From IMG/VR virus record IMGVR_UViG_3300010366_000029, positions 1 through 36,375 of that record: a DNA stretch of 36,375 nt; one strand, 5' to 3'. The translations under genes were made by a program, and so were the position numbers. How positions within the stretch are numbered: position 1 is the first letter of the stretch; each line of letters opens with the position of its first letter. This document shows positions 26,956 through 36,157 of this stretch, piece by piece. Source of the stretch: a virus (taxonomy: Duplodnaviria > Caudoviricetes). Under the pieces are notes generated by a model that was not told the origin of the DNA, did not search any database, and saw nothing but the letters and a program-made list of their open reading frames with translations.

Positions 26956-27216
26956 GTATCTCAGATGCAGTAAATGAGCTGCAAGGATCATAGACAACAG
27001 ACCAACGGTAGGCAGGCTTATAGGCCAGTCTGGCGCCCCGTAGTGGATAGGCGAGGCTACGGATCATGGGTAAGGCCAGGGCATGGTGGGATGAGTCGAG
27101 AAGCCAAGAGGTATATCAGGGAAGTGTGCGAGTGAGACATGGTCGTGTCTCACTGCCTGAGAGAACAGGGTAGCGTGGTGCTACGGCATAGCCTGAGAGC
27201 AACAAGGAGCACGGCC

Positions 27217-27438
27217 ATGGAGAGGAAAGAGTCAGACGTATTGTTTCAACAAGCCGACGCGCTGTATAGCCAGATATTTCGGATACGCACCGCGAGCTTT
27301 GTGCCCTCGCATATCGGGTTAGGGACGTGGGGCAAGTACGTGCCTATGGACGACCAGACGGCACGTATCCAGACCTTGACCAAGGAACGAACCAGGATTT
27401 ACAGCAAGGCGAAGCGCTTACAGAAGCAGGGCAAGTGA
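27217..27438 (+). CDS. hypothetical protein
   Basis: AAGGAG RBS before MERKE. Confidence 0.6.
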   Translation: MERKESDVLFQQADALYSQIFRIRTASFVPSHIGLGTWGKYVPMDDQTARIQTLTKERTRIYSKAKRLQKQGK

Positions 27439-27517
27439 GGCAGGCATCGCAGGGTCAGGTATCGCAACGACCTGACCCTGTCCATTCACCCCATTCTACA
27501 GACAAGGACAGTATACC

Positions 27518-27739
27518 ATGTGTGATGTCGCGAGAGACGTGTATAGCCGTGGCCAGTACAAACGCTTTACCCATAGCAATCTGGTGCAGTGGGAGCCCCA
27601 CTTCACATGTGACTGGTGCGGCAACAGACCAAACCGGATCTATGGCTACGTGTGGTACTGTGATAGCCAGCGTACACCCACAGTGGATAACGGCCGCTGG
27701 TTTTGTGATCTCGATTGCTTGAGGGCATATCACAGTTAG
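27518..27739 (+). CDS. small zinc-finger-like protein
   Basis: CDWCG...FCDLDC; AAGGA RBS. Confidence 0.65.
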   Translation: MCDVARDVYSRGQYKRFTHSNLVQWEPHFTCDWCGNRPNRIYGYVWYCDSQRTPTVDNGRWFCDLDCLRAYHS

Positions 27740-27808
27740 GCAGGGAGGGCGAGTATCTGGAACATACCCGCCAGCGTACAGGCTCGAACCATAGGAAAGG
27801 CAAAGGAC

Positions 27809-28186
27809 ATGACACCAGCGACGTTAGAGACGGCGACCGTACAGAGCATTCTGGAGACGATACAACGGCAGTATCCTACACCCATGTCCGAGCACAAACT
27901 GGGCACCTGGATACACGACACTGAATACTGTGTCGGTGGGGCATGCGACTTATGGCTGGCACAGCACGGCGTGACCCATCATCCAATACCATTCCCGTCA
28001 GAAGACGGTCTGGCGGAGATCCTTCTCGACTTGTGGTCCTATGTGCGTGACGAGAGCTCTCACGCGGCCATGCGGGACATCATCCGAGCCAGAGCGAGGG
28101 CGTATGCGGCCATGGTGGTCATCCATAATGACGCTGAACGCTTCCATGAAGCGTGGGAGAAAGTGGCAGAGTTTTTGACCTACTAA
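27809..28186 (+). CDS. hypothetical protein
   Basis: 125 aa, purine-rich RBS. Confidence 0.65.
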   Translation: MTPATLETATVQSILETIQRQYPTPMSEHKLGTWIHDTEYCVGGACDLWLAQHGVTHHPIPFPSEDGLAEILLDLWSYVRDESSHAAMRDIIRARARAYAAMVVIHNDAERFHEAWEKVAEFLTY

Positions 28187-28253
28187 CGACACAACGGCTC
28201 GAGATGTGACTGCATCTCGAGCCGCCTGCAACCCATGAAAGAGAGATACGACG

Positions 28254-28877
28254 ATGACCACAACAGTACCTCCCATGATCCCAGCCGGTCAAGTCACGTA
28301 TCCCGAAATGCTCTGCAGTGTCAACCTCCGCTTCAAAGTTGACGGCTACCCTGACTACGCGCAAGCGACAGGACGCGGCGAGACTCCCGAGCAAGCCACT
28401 GCCAACCTTACCGCCACCATTGCCGCGACCACAGCCGCTCTGGCCCCACAGCCGGCCACGCCACGCACACCGGTCCAGATCATCGCTGGACTGGTCACGT
28501 GTGGCATGGAAAAGGCAGTATCCAGGGGCGATATGGGCCGTGTGGAACGCTTAGCCAAAGCGGCGGCGCTGGTGTTAGGGGGCAGGATTGAGACCACTGA
28601 GCATGACGAGGTGTACCGGGTGCACAGCCTCACCAGTGACCAGCATTATCTGGTGGTCGCGAATGCGCTGACGTGTACCTGTCCCGATGCCCGGAGGCAG
28701 AGTACAGACGAGAAACCCTGGCTCTGCAAGCATGTGATCGCCGCGTTAATGGCACAACGTATCGCCAAAGAGTGTCCACCAGCACCTGCAGAGCAGGAGA
28801 CATGGGAAACGGTAGCTGACCCAGGCCAGTATGAGGGTTCGTATGGCAATGGCAGAACGCTTGTGAACGGCAAATGA
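28254..28877 (+). CDS. SWIM zinc-finger protein
   Basis: YRVHS...YLV...CTCPD...CKHVIAA. Confidence 0.85.
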   Translation: MTTTVPPMIPAGQVTYPEMLCSVNLRFKVDGYPDYAQATGRGETPEQATANLTATIAATTAALAPQPATPRTPVQIIAGLVTCGMEKAVSRGDMGRVERLAKAAALVLGGRIETTEHDEVYRVHSLTSDQHYLVVANALTCTCPDARRQSTDEKPWLCKHVIAALMAQRIAKECPPAPAEQETWETVADPGQYEGSYGNGRTLVNGK

Positions 28878-28928
28878 CTCGACAGGGGCAGGCTCCCCCT
28901 GCCCCACCACCCTGGAAGGAGACTCACG

Positions 28929-29120
28929 ATGTCTGAAGAGCGTGACCGTCTGGACGATCATGACACCCGGATTACCCGGCTTGAGCGGATGATGGTAACG
29001 CAAGGGGAGCTGATCATGCGCCTGACCGTGGTGGTCGAACGCCTGGAAGCGTCCTATGCGCGCCTGGAAACCATCTTAACGGCGATCAAGGAGTTGTTAG
29101 AACGTGGCAACGGCCACTAA
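28929..29120 (+). CDS. small coiled-coil protein
   Basis: AAGGAG RBS; heptad repeats. Confidence 0.7.
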   Translation: MSEERDRLDDHDTRITRLERMMVTQGELIMRLTVVVERLEASYARLETILTAIKELLERGNGH

Positions 29121-29148
29121 TCACCACCGGGGGGAGAGGAGGACGCCT

Positions 29149-29352
29149 ATGCCCGTGATGCTGTCCGCGCTGTATGATGCCCTGCTTGAAGCTGGCGCGT
29201 CGAATGACAAGGCCCGGCGTGCCGCTGAGGAGGCCGCATCCTATGAGCAACGTTTCCATGCCGTCGAGCGCAAGCTGGATGTGCTGACCTGGATGGTGAC
29301 GTTTGACCTTGTGCTGACCGCTGGCGTACTCTGGCGTGTGCTGAGCCATTAA
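29149..29352 (+). CDS. small coiled-coil protein with C-terminal TM helix
   Basis: LYDALLEAGA..KARRAAE...VLTWMV; AGGAGG RBS. Confidence 0.75.
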   Translation: MPVMLSALYDALLEAGASNDKARRAAEEAASYEQRFHAVERKLDVLTWMVTFDLVLTAGVLWRVLSH

Positions 29353-29363
29353 AGGAGAGGACG

Positions 29364-29576
29364 ATGGACCACGCCCTGATGCAGACCTTACAACAACTCA
29401 CCACCACGCTCGAACGCCTGACCACCACCCTCGAACGCCTGGACGCCACCATGGTGCGTCTGGTCAATGATATGGGGTGGATGCTGACCCTGAACATTGG
29501 TCTCACGTGTGCCACGCTGCTGACCACCATCGGGCTGTGGTGGCATGGCATGCGCACCACACGCCATACCCCCTGA
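29364..29576 (+). CDS. small coiled-coil protein with C-terminal TM helix
   Basis: (LTTTLER)x2 and WMLTLNIGL; AAGGAG RBS. Confidence 0.7.
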   Translation: MDHALMQTLQQLTTTLERLTTTLERLDATMVRLVNDMGWMLTLNIGLTCATLLTTIGLWWHGMRTTRHTP

Positions 29577-29580
29577 AACC

Positions 29581-29610
29581 GCCCCAGGATGCCCCAGGAT
29601 GCCCCAGGAT
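29581..29610. repeat. tandem 10-mer GCCCCAGGAT x3
   Basis: Exact repeats between convergent genes. Confidence 0.9.
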
Positions 29611-29653
29611 GCCACGATGCATGTCATGCATACCTGGGGTATGGGTTGTGGCA

Positions 29654-30058
29654 CTAATCCGCGTTAAAGCCCCGTGAGGTGGCTTTGTCGTTGACCTGTG
29701 TGGATTCCTTGATGGTGTCCACGATGGTTTGGAGTTGTGTGGGATCAGGGACGCCAAAGAAGACGACGCTATGATCCCAGGCACACATGAGGGGATTGCC
29801 CGCCACCGTATTGGTGGTGCTACGTCCTAACCCCAGCATCTCATCCAACGACACGCCAAACGCCTCGACCAACTGTAAGAGCAGGTCAAGAGACGGTTTG
29901 CCCTTGCCTTGTTCGATACGACCAATATGCTGCCCACTCTCCGCCCCTAAGCGTTGGGCAAAGTCTTTTTGACTTAACTGCTCGCGTTTCCGTAACTGCT
30001 GCAACCGTTGACCAAACAGTTTGAGCCGGGCTTCCCTCTCCGAGGGTGGTGCGGACAT
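29654..30058 (-). CDS. XRE-family repressor (CI-like orientation)
   Basis: FGQRLQQLRKREQLSQKDFAQRLG...IEQGKGKPSL. Confidence 0.88.
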   Translation of the reverse strand: MSAPPSEREARLKLFGQRLQQLRKREQLSQKDFAQRLGAESGQHIGRIEQGKGKPSLDLLLQLVEAFGVSLDEMLGLGRSTTNTVAGNPLMCAWDHSVVFFGVPDPTQLQTIVDTIKESTQVNDKATSRGFNAD

Positions 30059-30159
30059 ACTGCCCCCTTTGTTTGTGACATAACGCCTCGGTCACGCCCA
30101 TCCGAATTTTCTATACCTCCCATAACTCTTTCTTATTGCTACGGGAACAGTATAACTTG

Positions 30160-30176
30160 TGAACCTACTAGGTTCA
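30160..30176. promoter_or_regulatory. candidate operator palindrome
   Basis: TGAACCTA-C-TAGGTTCA between divergent XRE genes. Confidence 0.6.
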
Positions 30177-30298
30177 AGTATAGACACTACAAGGTTTTTT
30201 TGGTTGTAGTGTCGTGATCATTACGGTAATGTGTGGCAACTAAACAAGTTCATATGGGTGGTCATACATCATGTCAAGGGCTGGAGGAGGGGGCAGGC

Positions 30299-30532
30299 AT
30301 GTTGGGGACACTATTACGTACCACACGTCACGGGTTACATCTGTCGTTAGCGGAAGCCGCCGCACACATTGGCATTAGCCAGCAATATCTGGGTCGCCTG
30401 GAAAATGGGCGTCAATCACCCTCGCTCAAGCTGCTCTGTCGTCTCCGGAGGGTCTACAAACTGCCGGACCCGTTGCTCGATACGGTCGATCCCGAGGCCG
30501 ACCACGATCCCGCGTGCGCTGTCTGTCCCTAG
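30299..30532 (+). CDS. XRE-family regulator (Cro-like orientation)
   Basis: LSLAEAAAHIGISQQYLGRLENGRQSPS; GGAGG RBS. Confidence 0.85.
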   Translation: MLGTLLRTTRHGLHLSLAEAAAHIGISQQYLGRLENGRQSPSLKLLCRLRRVYKLPDPLLDTVDPEADHDPACAVCP

Positions 30533-30801
30533 TACCGCCCATAGCCCCCGTTGAGTGGTTGGGTGGGCTGGAGGCCGTGACGTGGTGGTGGTGTGACTGG
30601 CGCTGCATCGGACTGCGAAGTCCTCACCATCTCGTGCTCGTGCTCGTGCTCACTGATGCCGTGGCGGATGAGCCGGACAATTTTTCCTGAGACGCTGAGA
30701 TCTTCGGCATGCGCCGCCGCCTTCACGGCTTCAAACAATTCGGGCGTCAAACGAATGAGCAATTTGTGATACGTCCCACGCTGTGGTTGCCGTTCTGCCA
30801 T
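30529..30801 (-). CDS. Arc-like ribbon-helix-helix regulator
   Basis: KLLIRLTPELFEAVKAAAHAEDLSVSGKIVRLI. Confidence 0.78.
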   Translation of the reverse strand: MAERQPQRGTYHKLLIRLTPELFEAVKAAAHAEDLSVSGKIVRLIRHGISEHEHEHEMVRTSQSDAAPVTPPPRHGLQPTQPLNGGYGRY

Positions 30802-30881
30802 GGTGCCCACACCCTTTATGGTATATACTAAAGATATCTTTATGAGACTATCATAGCACTACACAGAGGATAGCACATGAC

Positions 30882-32753
30882 ATGGAAGAGACGCCAGCAT
30901 CTGATGACGGGAGCAGGTTAGAAGCGAAGTACGCAGCATCCGTGAACGGTCAGCACCTGGAAGACATCGTGAAGAGTAACGGCACGCATATGCCCGAGGA
31001 GGATGATACGGGGTTCTGGTTCCGGTGGCGGGAGATGAGCATTGCTGGGAAGGTGATGTGCATCTGGGAGTTGCCAGCGGTGGACTGGTATGAGCCCGAG
31101 TGTTTAAACCTGCTGGCCGTAATCCGTGAGAATGATCCGGTCTTATGGGGCAAGACGACGGCCCGGTGGACCTCGCAGTTGTATCAAAAGATGTCGAGGT
31201 TAGAGGGGGCGATCAATGAACAACTCAAGATTGTCGAAGGGGAGAGGGCGATCAGTGAGGCAGAATCACTGATCGCCAGACCACCGGACATCTCCGCCCC
31301 AGCGGTAGTGACGTCAAAGCCAATTATACCTTTCCTTCCACAAGGTGCAGTGCTTGATCCAGAGGCACACTTGGGCGCAGCGCCATGGCTTGAGAGTTAT
31401 ATAGCCCATTCAAAGTACTGGTCCCCACTCGCTGCAGCAGGATTTCATGAGGCATGTGGTCTGTGGGTCTTATCGACTGTCGCCGCAAGGCGTATCTCCG
31501 TATACCTGACGAGGCCTTATTATCCGGCGCTGTTTATGGCGCTCGTTGCTCCGTCAAGTCTCTATGCCAAAACCACGACGGCGTATATTGCGCAAACGGC
31601 GATCCAAGACGTGGGGTTGTCATGCCTTCTTGCCCCTGACCGTGCGACACCACAAGCCTTACATCGTTTTATGTCGGGGATCGTCCCCGCCATATATGAC
31701 GACCTCGACGACGACGACAAGACGCGCATCAAAGCCCGCCTCCGATTTGCCGCACAAGTAGGCTGGTATTACGAAGAATGGGGCTCGATGCTGCACCAGA
31801 TGAACCGCCGTGATAGTCCCATGGCAGAGTTTCATGGCAACTTACGGGCCTTAGATGATGGCAAGGACGAATGGCGTAGCACGACCATCCAGCGTGGAGA
31901 AGAAAAAACCGTCGGCGCCTCTATGGCCCTGCTCGCCTCAGCCACGCCTGCGGACCTGGCGCAGTTCATGAAGCCTGGGAGTCCCTGGTGGCGCGATGGG
32001 TTTTTCCCCCGTTTTTCTTTTGTGGTGCCATTGCCGGAGGAACCACGAAGCCCAGTGCCGTTTCCGAAAGGCTTACAAAAACTTCACAGCTCTCTCATCG
32101 TCGATTTAATGGACTGGCACGCTCGCCTGGGCATTCCCACCATCGAGATTGCACCACACGACGGGAAGACAGGCAAAACGAGCCCTGCCTGGTCTGTCAC
32201 GAGAAGTCCTCTCCCCTTGCAGGAAATTACTTTCGACGCGAAAGCCGACCACGCCCAGGAAGCCTACCAGATGGCCATCTTTACAATGATTGCCGATACG
32301 ACACAAGTATCTGAAGACCTGGGGGCCTCCTATATCCGCTTACATGCCAAGGCGATCCGCATTGCCATGTTGCTCGCCTCCGTGGAAGGCAAAACCGTGA
32401 TTGGTCTCCAGCATTGGGCGTATGCGCAAGCGATCACGGAACGCTGGCGGAGGATGATGCATCAGGTGATTGAGATGGCCGCAGACAGTCAACCACTCAC
32501 GCGGGACATCCTCCTCCAAGAAAAAGTGGAATCGCTCCTCGCACGCCATCATCCCCTCTCGTTACGGGGTATGCACCAACACTTACGCCGCATCGCCTCA
32601 ATGCGAGAACTGCGCGCCGTAGTCAAAGATATGGTTGATTTTCAAGCGGTTATTGAACAACAGCATGGTAAAACAACGATGTATATGTTGCCAATGAACA
32701 CGTATAAGACATCTGATGAAGGGCACAATAAAGAAGAAAAAATCGAGTGGTGA
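30882..32753 (+). CDS. DUF3987/YfjI-like replication ATPase with C-terminal winged helix
   Basis: LFMALVAPSSLYAKTT, YYEEW, LLASATP, DGFFPRFSF; followed by an iteron array. Confidence 0.75.
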   Translation: MEETPASDDGSRLEAKYAASVNGQHLEDIVKSNGTHMPEEDDTGFWFRWREMSIAGKVMCIWELPAVDWYEPECLNLLAVIRENDPVLWGKTTARWTSQLYQKMSRLEGAINEQLKIVEGERAISEAESLIARPPDISAPAVVTSKPIIPFLPQGAVLDPEAHLGAAPWLESYIAHSKYWSPLAAAGFHEACGLWVLSTVAARRISVYLTRPYYPALFMALVAPSSLYAKTTTAYIAQTAIQDVGLSCLLAPDRATPQALHRFMSGIVPAIYDDLDDDDKTRIKARLRFAAQVGWYYEEWGSMLHQMNRRDSPMAEFHGNLRALDDGKDEWRSTTIQRGEEKTVGASMALLASATPADLAQFMKPGSPWWRDGFFPRFSFVVPLPEEPRSPVPFPKGLQKLHSSLIVDLMDWHARLGIPTIEIAPHDGKTGKTSPAWSVTRSPLPLQEITFDAKADHAQEAYQMAIFTMIADTTQVSEDLGASYIRLHAKAIRIAMLLASVEGKTVIGLQHWAYAQAITERWRRMMHQVIEMAADSQPLTRDILLQEKVESLLARHHPLSLRGMHQHLRRIASMRELRAVVKDMVDFQAVIEQQHGKTTMYMLPMNTYKTSDEGHNKEEKIEW

Positions 32754-32755
32754 AC

Positions 32756-32950
32756 TGTGTACATTGTGTACGTGTGTACCTGTGTACCAAGCGTGAAAAT
32801 CGTACACAGTTGCCAAAAAATGCCCAATTTTCCCCGTACACAACGTACACACGTACACAGCGTACACACGTACACAGTTGATCGTTTCATCTAGTAACGA
32901 CGTAAAAACATGGTCTCATGAACTGTGTACAACTGTGTACAACTGTGTAC
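32756..32950. repeat. iteron array, candidate replication origin
   Basis: 13 copies of TGTGTAC/GTACACA arranged 4 forward, 6 reverse, 3 forward with AT-rich spacers. Confidence 0.8.
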
Positions 32951-33002
32951 GCAGGACTAATAGATATGTACCCTCAATATATTTTGATCCCTCTTTGGTT
33001 GT

Positions 33003-33179
33003 TCACGCCGTGGGGTCTTTGACTTTAACCTTTAACGCTCTGGAGAGGAGGAGGATGGCATCAGTGTTAAACGGTCGGCGCGCACTCGCGGCATGCTGTT
33101 GTAACGCCTCATACAGCTCGGGAGGCAACCGTAACGTCACCCGTTTGTACGTCGCCGCGATCGTTTTCGGTTTCGACAT
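33003..33179 (-). CDS. Arc-like ribbon-helix-helix regulator
   Basis: RVTLRLPPELYEALQQHAASARRPFNTDAILLL. Confidence 0.8.
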   Translation of the reverse strand: MSKPKTIAATYKRVTLRLPPELYEALQQHAASARRPFNTDAILLLSRALKVKVKDPTA

Positions 33180-33194
33180 GGCGTATCCCCATGA

Positions 33195-33252
33195 TGATGT
33201 CACTTGACGTCAGATGACATTAGATATACACTTAGACAGTAAATGACGTCAA
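33195..33252 (+). promoter_or_regulatory. promoter with TGACGTCA-type operator boxes
   Basis: TTGACG-17 bp-TACACT (33204-33232); boxes at 33195, 33205, 33215, 33244. Confidence 0.7.
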
Positions 33253-33289
33253 CTATACCACATTGCACACTGCACAAAGGAGATTGCAC

Positions 33290-34042
33290 ATGTCCACCAC
33301 TCGGCCTCTGCAACTTGATACCGTCGCCATTGAGACGCTCAGCGTGGCAATACGCTGCATGCGGGTGGGCCGTAAACAGATGACCCAGAGCATTTTTCGG
33401 CAACTCCCTAGGGAAACACTCGTGAATGGGGAAGGCGCCTGCCTCGGCACCCCCTGGGGCTTTGTCAATTACTTCTGGGACTGCGGCGTTGACGAGGAAC
33501 ACCTGCACGCGGTCTGGCAGCATGGCACGCGCCTCTGTCGTGATTGCCTGCCAGCAGACGCCGAAGACAGCGCCATCGGAAAGGCGTTCACACGGCGCGT
33601 GCAGCACCAACGCGATGATCTCTGGCGGCTGGCGGTGATCGCCCATATCCTGCATATCGAACAGGGCGCGCCCTATGCCAAACATGCCATGGTGTCCTGG
33701 CCATGCGACGTCATGATAGAGGTGGCGCTCGACGATCCCCGCGTGAACGGGTGGATTGCCCCCTTCTGGATGAACGTCCTCCGTCTCAAAGACATGAGAA
33801 ACACCTATGATCCGACCGCCTATACCACGAGCAGAACCTCGTTTATCACCCGCGCCATCCCTGACGAGCAGGAACGCACCGCCCTGCTGGCTGACCCCAC
33901 GCTGACACAGGTCGCCGTGCACGCCGAAAGGCACGCACGCGCCTATCGCTATGCCCTCGACGCGTTGACGCGCTATCACACCGGCTACGACGAAGCCCTG
34001 GAAATGATCGAACAGGCCGGGCAACTGTTTATCGCTGTGTAA
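33290..34042 (+). CDS. hypothetical phage protein
   Basis: AAGGAG RBS; VGRKQMTQSIFRQL...PWGFVNY...QLFIAV. Confidence 0.7.
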   Translation: MSTTRPLQLDTVAIETLSVAIRCMRVGRKQMTQSIFRQLPRETLVNGEGACLGTPWGFVNYFWDCGVDEEHLHAVWQHGTRLCRDCLPADAEDSAIGKAFTRRVQHQRDDLWRLAVIAHILHIEQGAPYAKHAMVSWPCDVMIEVALDDPRVNGWIAPFWMNVLRLKDMRNTYDPTAYTTSRTSFITRAIPDEQERTALLADPTLTQVAVHAERHARAYRYALDALTRYHTGYDEALEMIEQAGQLFIAV

Positions 34043-34075
34043 CACCGCCACGCACTGCGCAAAGGAGCACTGCAC

Positions 34076-34612
34076 ATGCCTTTCAAAGAGAAACAGAAAG
34101 ATAGCGATTGGAGAAAAACACGCTACGCCACTGATCCTATCTATAGATCAAAAGTTATTGCTCGCAACCTACGATGGCTACAGACACATCGGGAAAACGC
34201 CAGAAACGCCACACGTCGTTGGCAAGAAAATCATCCTGATGCATACCTTAAAACATCTAAGCGTTATCAAATAACGCATGCAGATGCTATTAAAGAACAA
34301 CAAAAAAAATGGAGAAAAGAAAATAGAGAAAAACTATCTATTAAAAATGCAAGACGCCGAGCAACACAGTCTAACTCACCAATAAATGATTTAACATTAA
34401 AACAATGGGAATTAATAAAATCACATTATAAGAAAACCTGTGTATATTGTGGAAAAAAGCCTAAACAACTAACAAAAGACCATATTATTCCATTATCAAT
34501 TGGAGGAGAACATACTTTTACCAATATAGTTCCTGCTTGTAGTTCATGTAATTCAAAGAAAGGAGTAGGAAAAGTACTCATCCCTATACAGCCATTATTG
34601 TTGACATACTAA
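34076..34612 (+). CDS. free-standing HNH endonuclease
   Basis: CVYCG...[31 protein letters not shown]; basic helical N-terminus; visibly AT-rich. Confidence 0.92.
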   Translation: MPFKEKQKDSDWRKTRYATDPIYRSKVIARNLRWLQTHRENARNATRRWQENHPDAYLKTSKRYQITHADAIKEQQKKWRKENREKLSIKNARRRATQSNSPINDLTLKQWELIKSHYKKTCVYCGKKPKQLTKDHIIPLSIGGEHTFTNIVPACSSCNSKKGVGKVLIPIQPLLLTY

Positions 34613-34675
34613 AATGCATAAGCTGCATTGCTTCAATGCACAATGCGCCATGCACATTTAACAAGGGAATACCCA

Positions 34676-35308
34676 ATGTCTCCGTTCATGATGTATCAGC
34701 CACGCACCATTAATGATCACAGCCAGTTAGACGAAGGCTGGCATCCGGCGGCTCTGGTCGCTATCGATGAGGAAGACGCCAATCCCCTGTGGGATTCGGT
34801 GCAAAAGTATCAGGCCGACAACCATACCGATGCCGTGCCACGCATGTGGCGGTGGAAATTCGCCTTATGGGATACCGTCGCGGACCTGTCCAGCAGTGTC
34901 CCCGAGATGGCGTCCAAGGTCACCAGTAAAAAATTCAGTCCTGGGGGGCGGTATCAAGCGTCAACCGCCTATGTCTGGACCAAAAACTTGTTGAATCGTC
35001 CTCCGCAACCAGGCGAAGCGATTGACCTGTGGGCCATGCTGCCGCTGGCCTGTATGGTGAAGGTCGGGCGCACCAATAAGGACGGCGAGCTGATCGAGTA
35101 TGCCAATATTGAAAATGTGCGTGCCTGGCCAGAAGGCCAGCAGCACTTTCCCCAGGCCATGAAAGACCGTTTAGCGAACTGGTATGCCATGAAGAATGCC
35201 CAGGTGTATCAGCCACCCTCGACCCCGATGACCCAGACACCCATGGCAGAGCCTCCACTGGCACCAGCACCACCACAACCCGTCTCCACCACAGCGCCAA
35301 GCTGGTAA
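34676..35308 (+). CDS. hypothetical protein, possible ssDNA-binding OB-fold
   Basis: LDEGWHPAALVAI...RWKF...CMVKVG...YANIENV with Pro-rich tail ending in W; inference only. Confidence 0.5.
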   Translation: MSPFMMYQPRTINDHSQLDEGWHPAALVAIDEEDANPLWDSVQKYQADNHTDAVPRMWRWKFALWDTVADLSSSVPEMASKVTSKKFSPGGRYQASTAYVWTKNLLNRPPQPGEAIDLWAMLPLACMVKVGRTNKDGELIEYANIENVRAWPEGQQHFPQAMKDRLANWYAMKNAQVYQPPSTPMTQTPMAEPPLAPAPPQPVSTTAPSW

Positions 35309-35357
35309 CCCCATGACTGACGGGTGAGGTCTGGAGCCTCACCCGCCTGGAGAACAT

Positions 35358-35927
35358 ATGGCGTTAGCGAAAACTCGGCACGTGGGTCCAGTCTCATCCC
35401 CGATGATGGTTATGGATGTGCCACGTGACCCTGATCCCTTGGAAGACGATATCCCTGATGTCGTGGTGCCAGCCGCTGTCCTGGCGGACTTGCCCATCAC
35501 CACGCCAGAGGCCCCCCCGGTGGTCCAGACTGTCGAAGCGGTGCAGGCCCTGGAAGCCATGGGCGCAGCAGCCCGGAATGCCACCACGGACGTGCAAGAC
35601 TGCGCCAAGGCCACCTTGCGCACCATGGATGCCGTGATGCGTTCGGTCACCAGGCTGTGTGACAACATCGAGCATGGTCCCTCGTCCATGACGGCGGGTG
35701 TCGCCGCATTGATCGAGACCTTAGGGACGCAGCATCTGGGGCTCGACGTGCATAGCGCTCATCCGTATGCAGCCACGGTGCAGGCCGTCTCTGCGGAAGG
35801 CTATGCCGTGACCATTACGGTGCAAAAGGCCAATGCCGGGGAATTAACCCAGGCCTTAGCGGCACTCATGCCCTGGCTCAAAGGAGCTGGCTATGTGGCC
35901 CCTGAGAGTGTGGCGGGAGTGCTCTGA
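35358..35927 (+). CDS. hypothetical protein
   Basis: GGAG RBS; 189 aa. Confidence 0.65.
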   Translation: MALAKTRHVGPVSSPMMVMDVPRDPDPLEDDIPDVVVPAAVLADLPITTPEAPPVVQTVEAVQALEAMGAAARNATTDVQDCAKATLRTMDAVMRSVTRLCDNIEHGPSSMTAGVAALIETLGTQHLGLDVHSAHPYAATVQAVSAEGYAVTITVQKANAGELTQALAALMPWLKGAGYVAPESVAGVL

Positions 35928-36157
35928 TGACCCCGCAGACCGTACACCTGCTGGAGGCCCTCGAAGCCATCAACGCGGGCACATCGCTCACCCTCACGCC
36001 CTGGGAACACGAGTTCCTCGGCTCCGTGCTGCCACGCCTGCGGGCGGGTGGCACGCTGAGCCCGAAACAACTGGCGGTGGTGTACGCCATGACGGACAAA
36101 TATTTGCCCAGCACCATGGGGGCAGAACTCCGTGGACAAGAGAGGTTGTTTGCATGA
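35927..36157 (+). CDS. hypothetical protein
   Basis: TGATG coupling; LTPWEHEFLGSV...LSPKQ. Confidence 0.7.
   Translation: MTPQTVHLLEALEAINAGTSLTLTPWEHEFLGSVLPRLRAGGTLSPKQLAVVYAMTDKYLPSTMGAELRGQERLFA

Noticed and set aside
32756-32950. CRISPR array
   Set aside because: Units are 7-10 bp, in both orientations, with no unique spacers of regular length and no cas genes
33200-34075. 291-aa minus-strand ORF
   Set aside because: Antisense to the plus-strand gene that has the promoter and RBS
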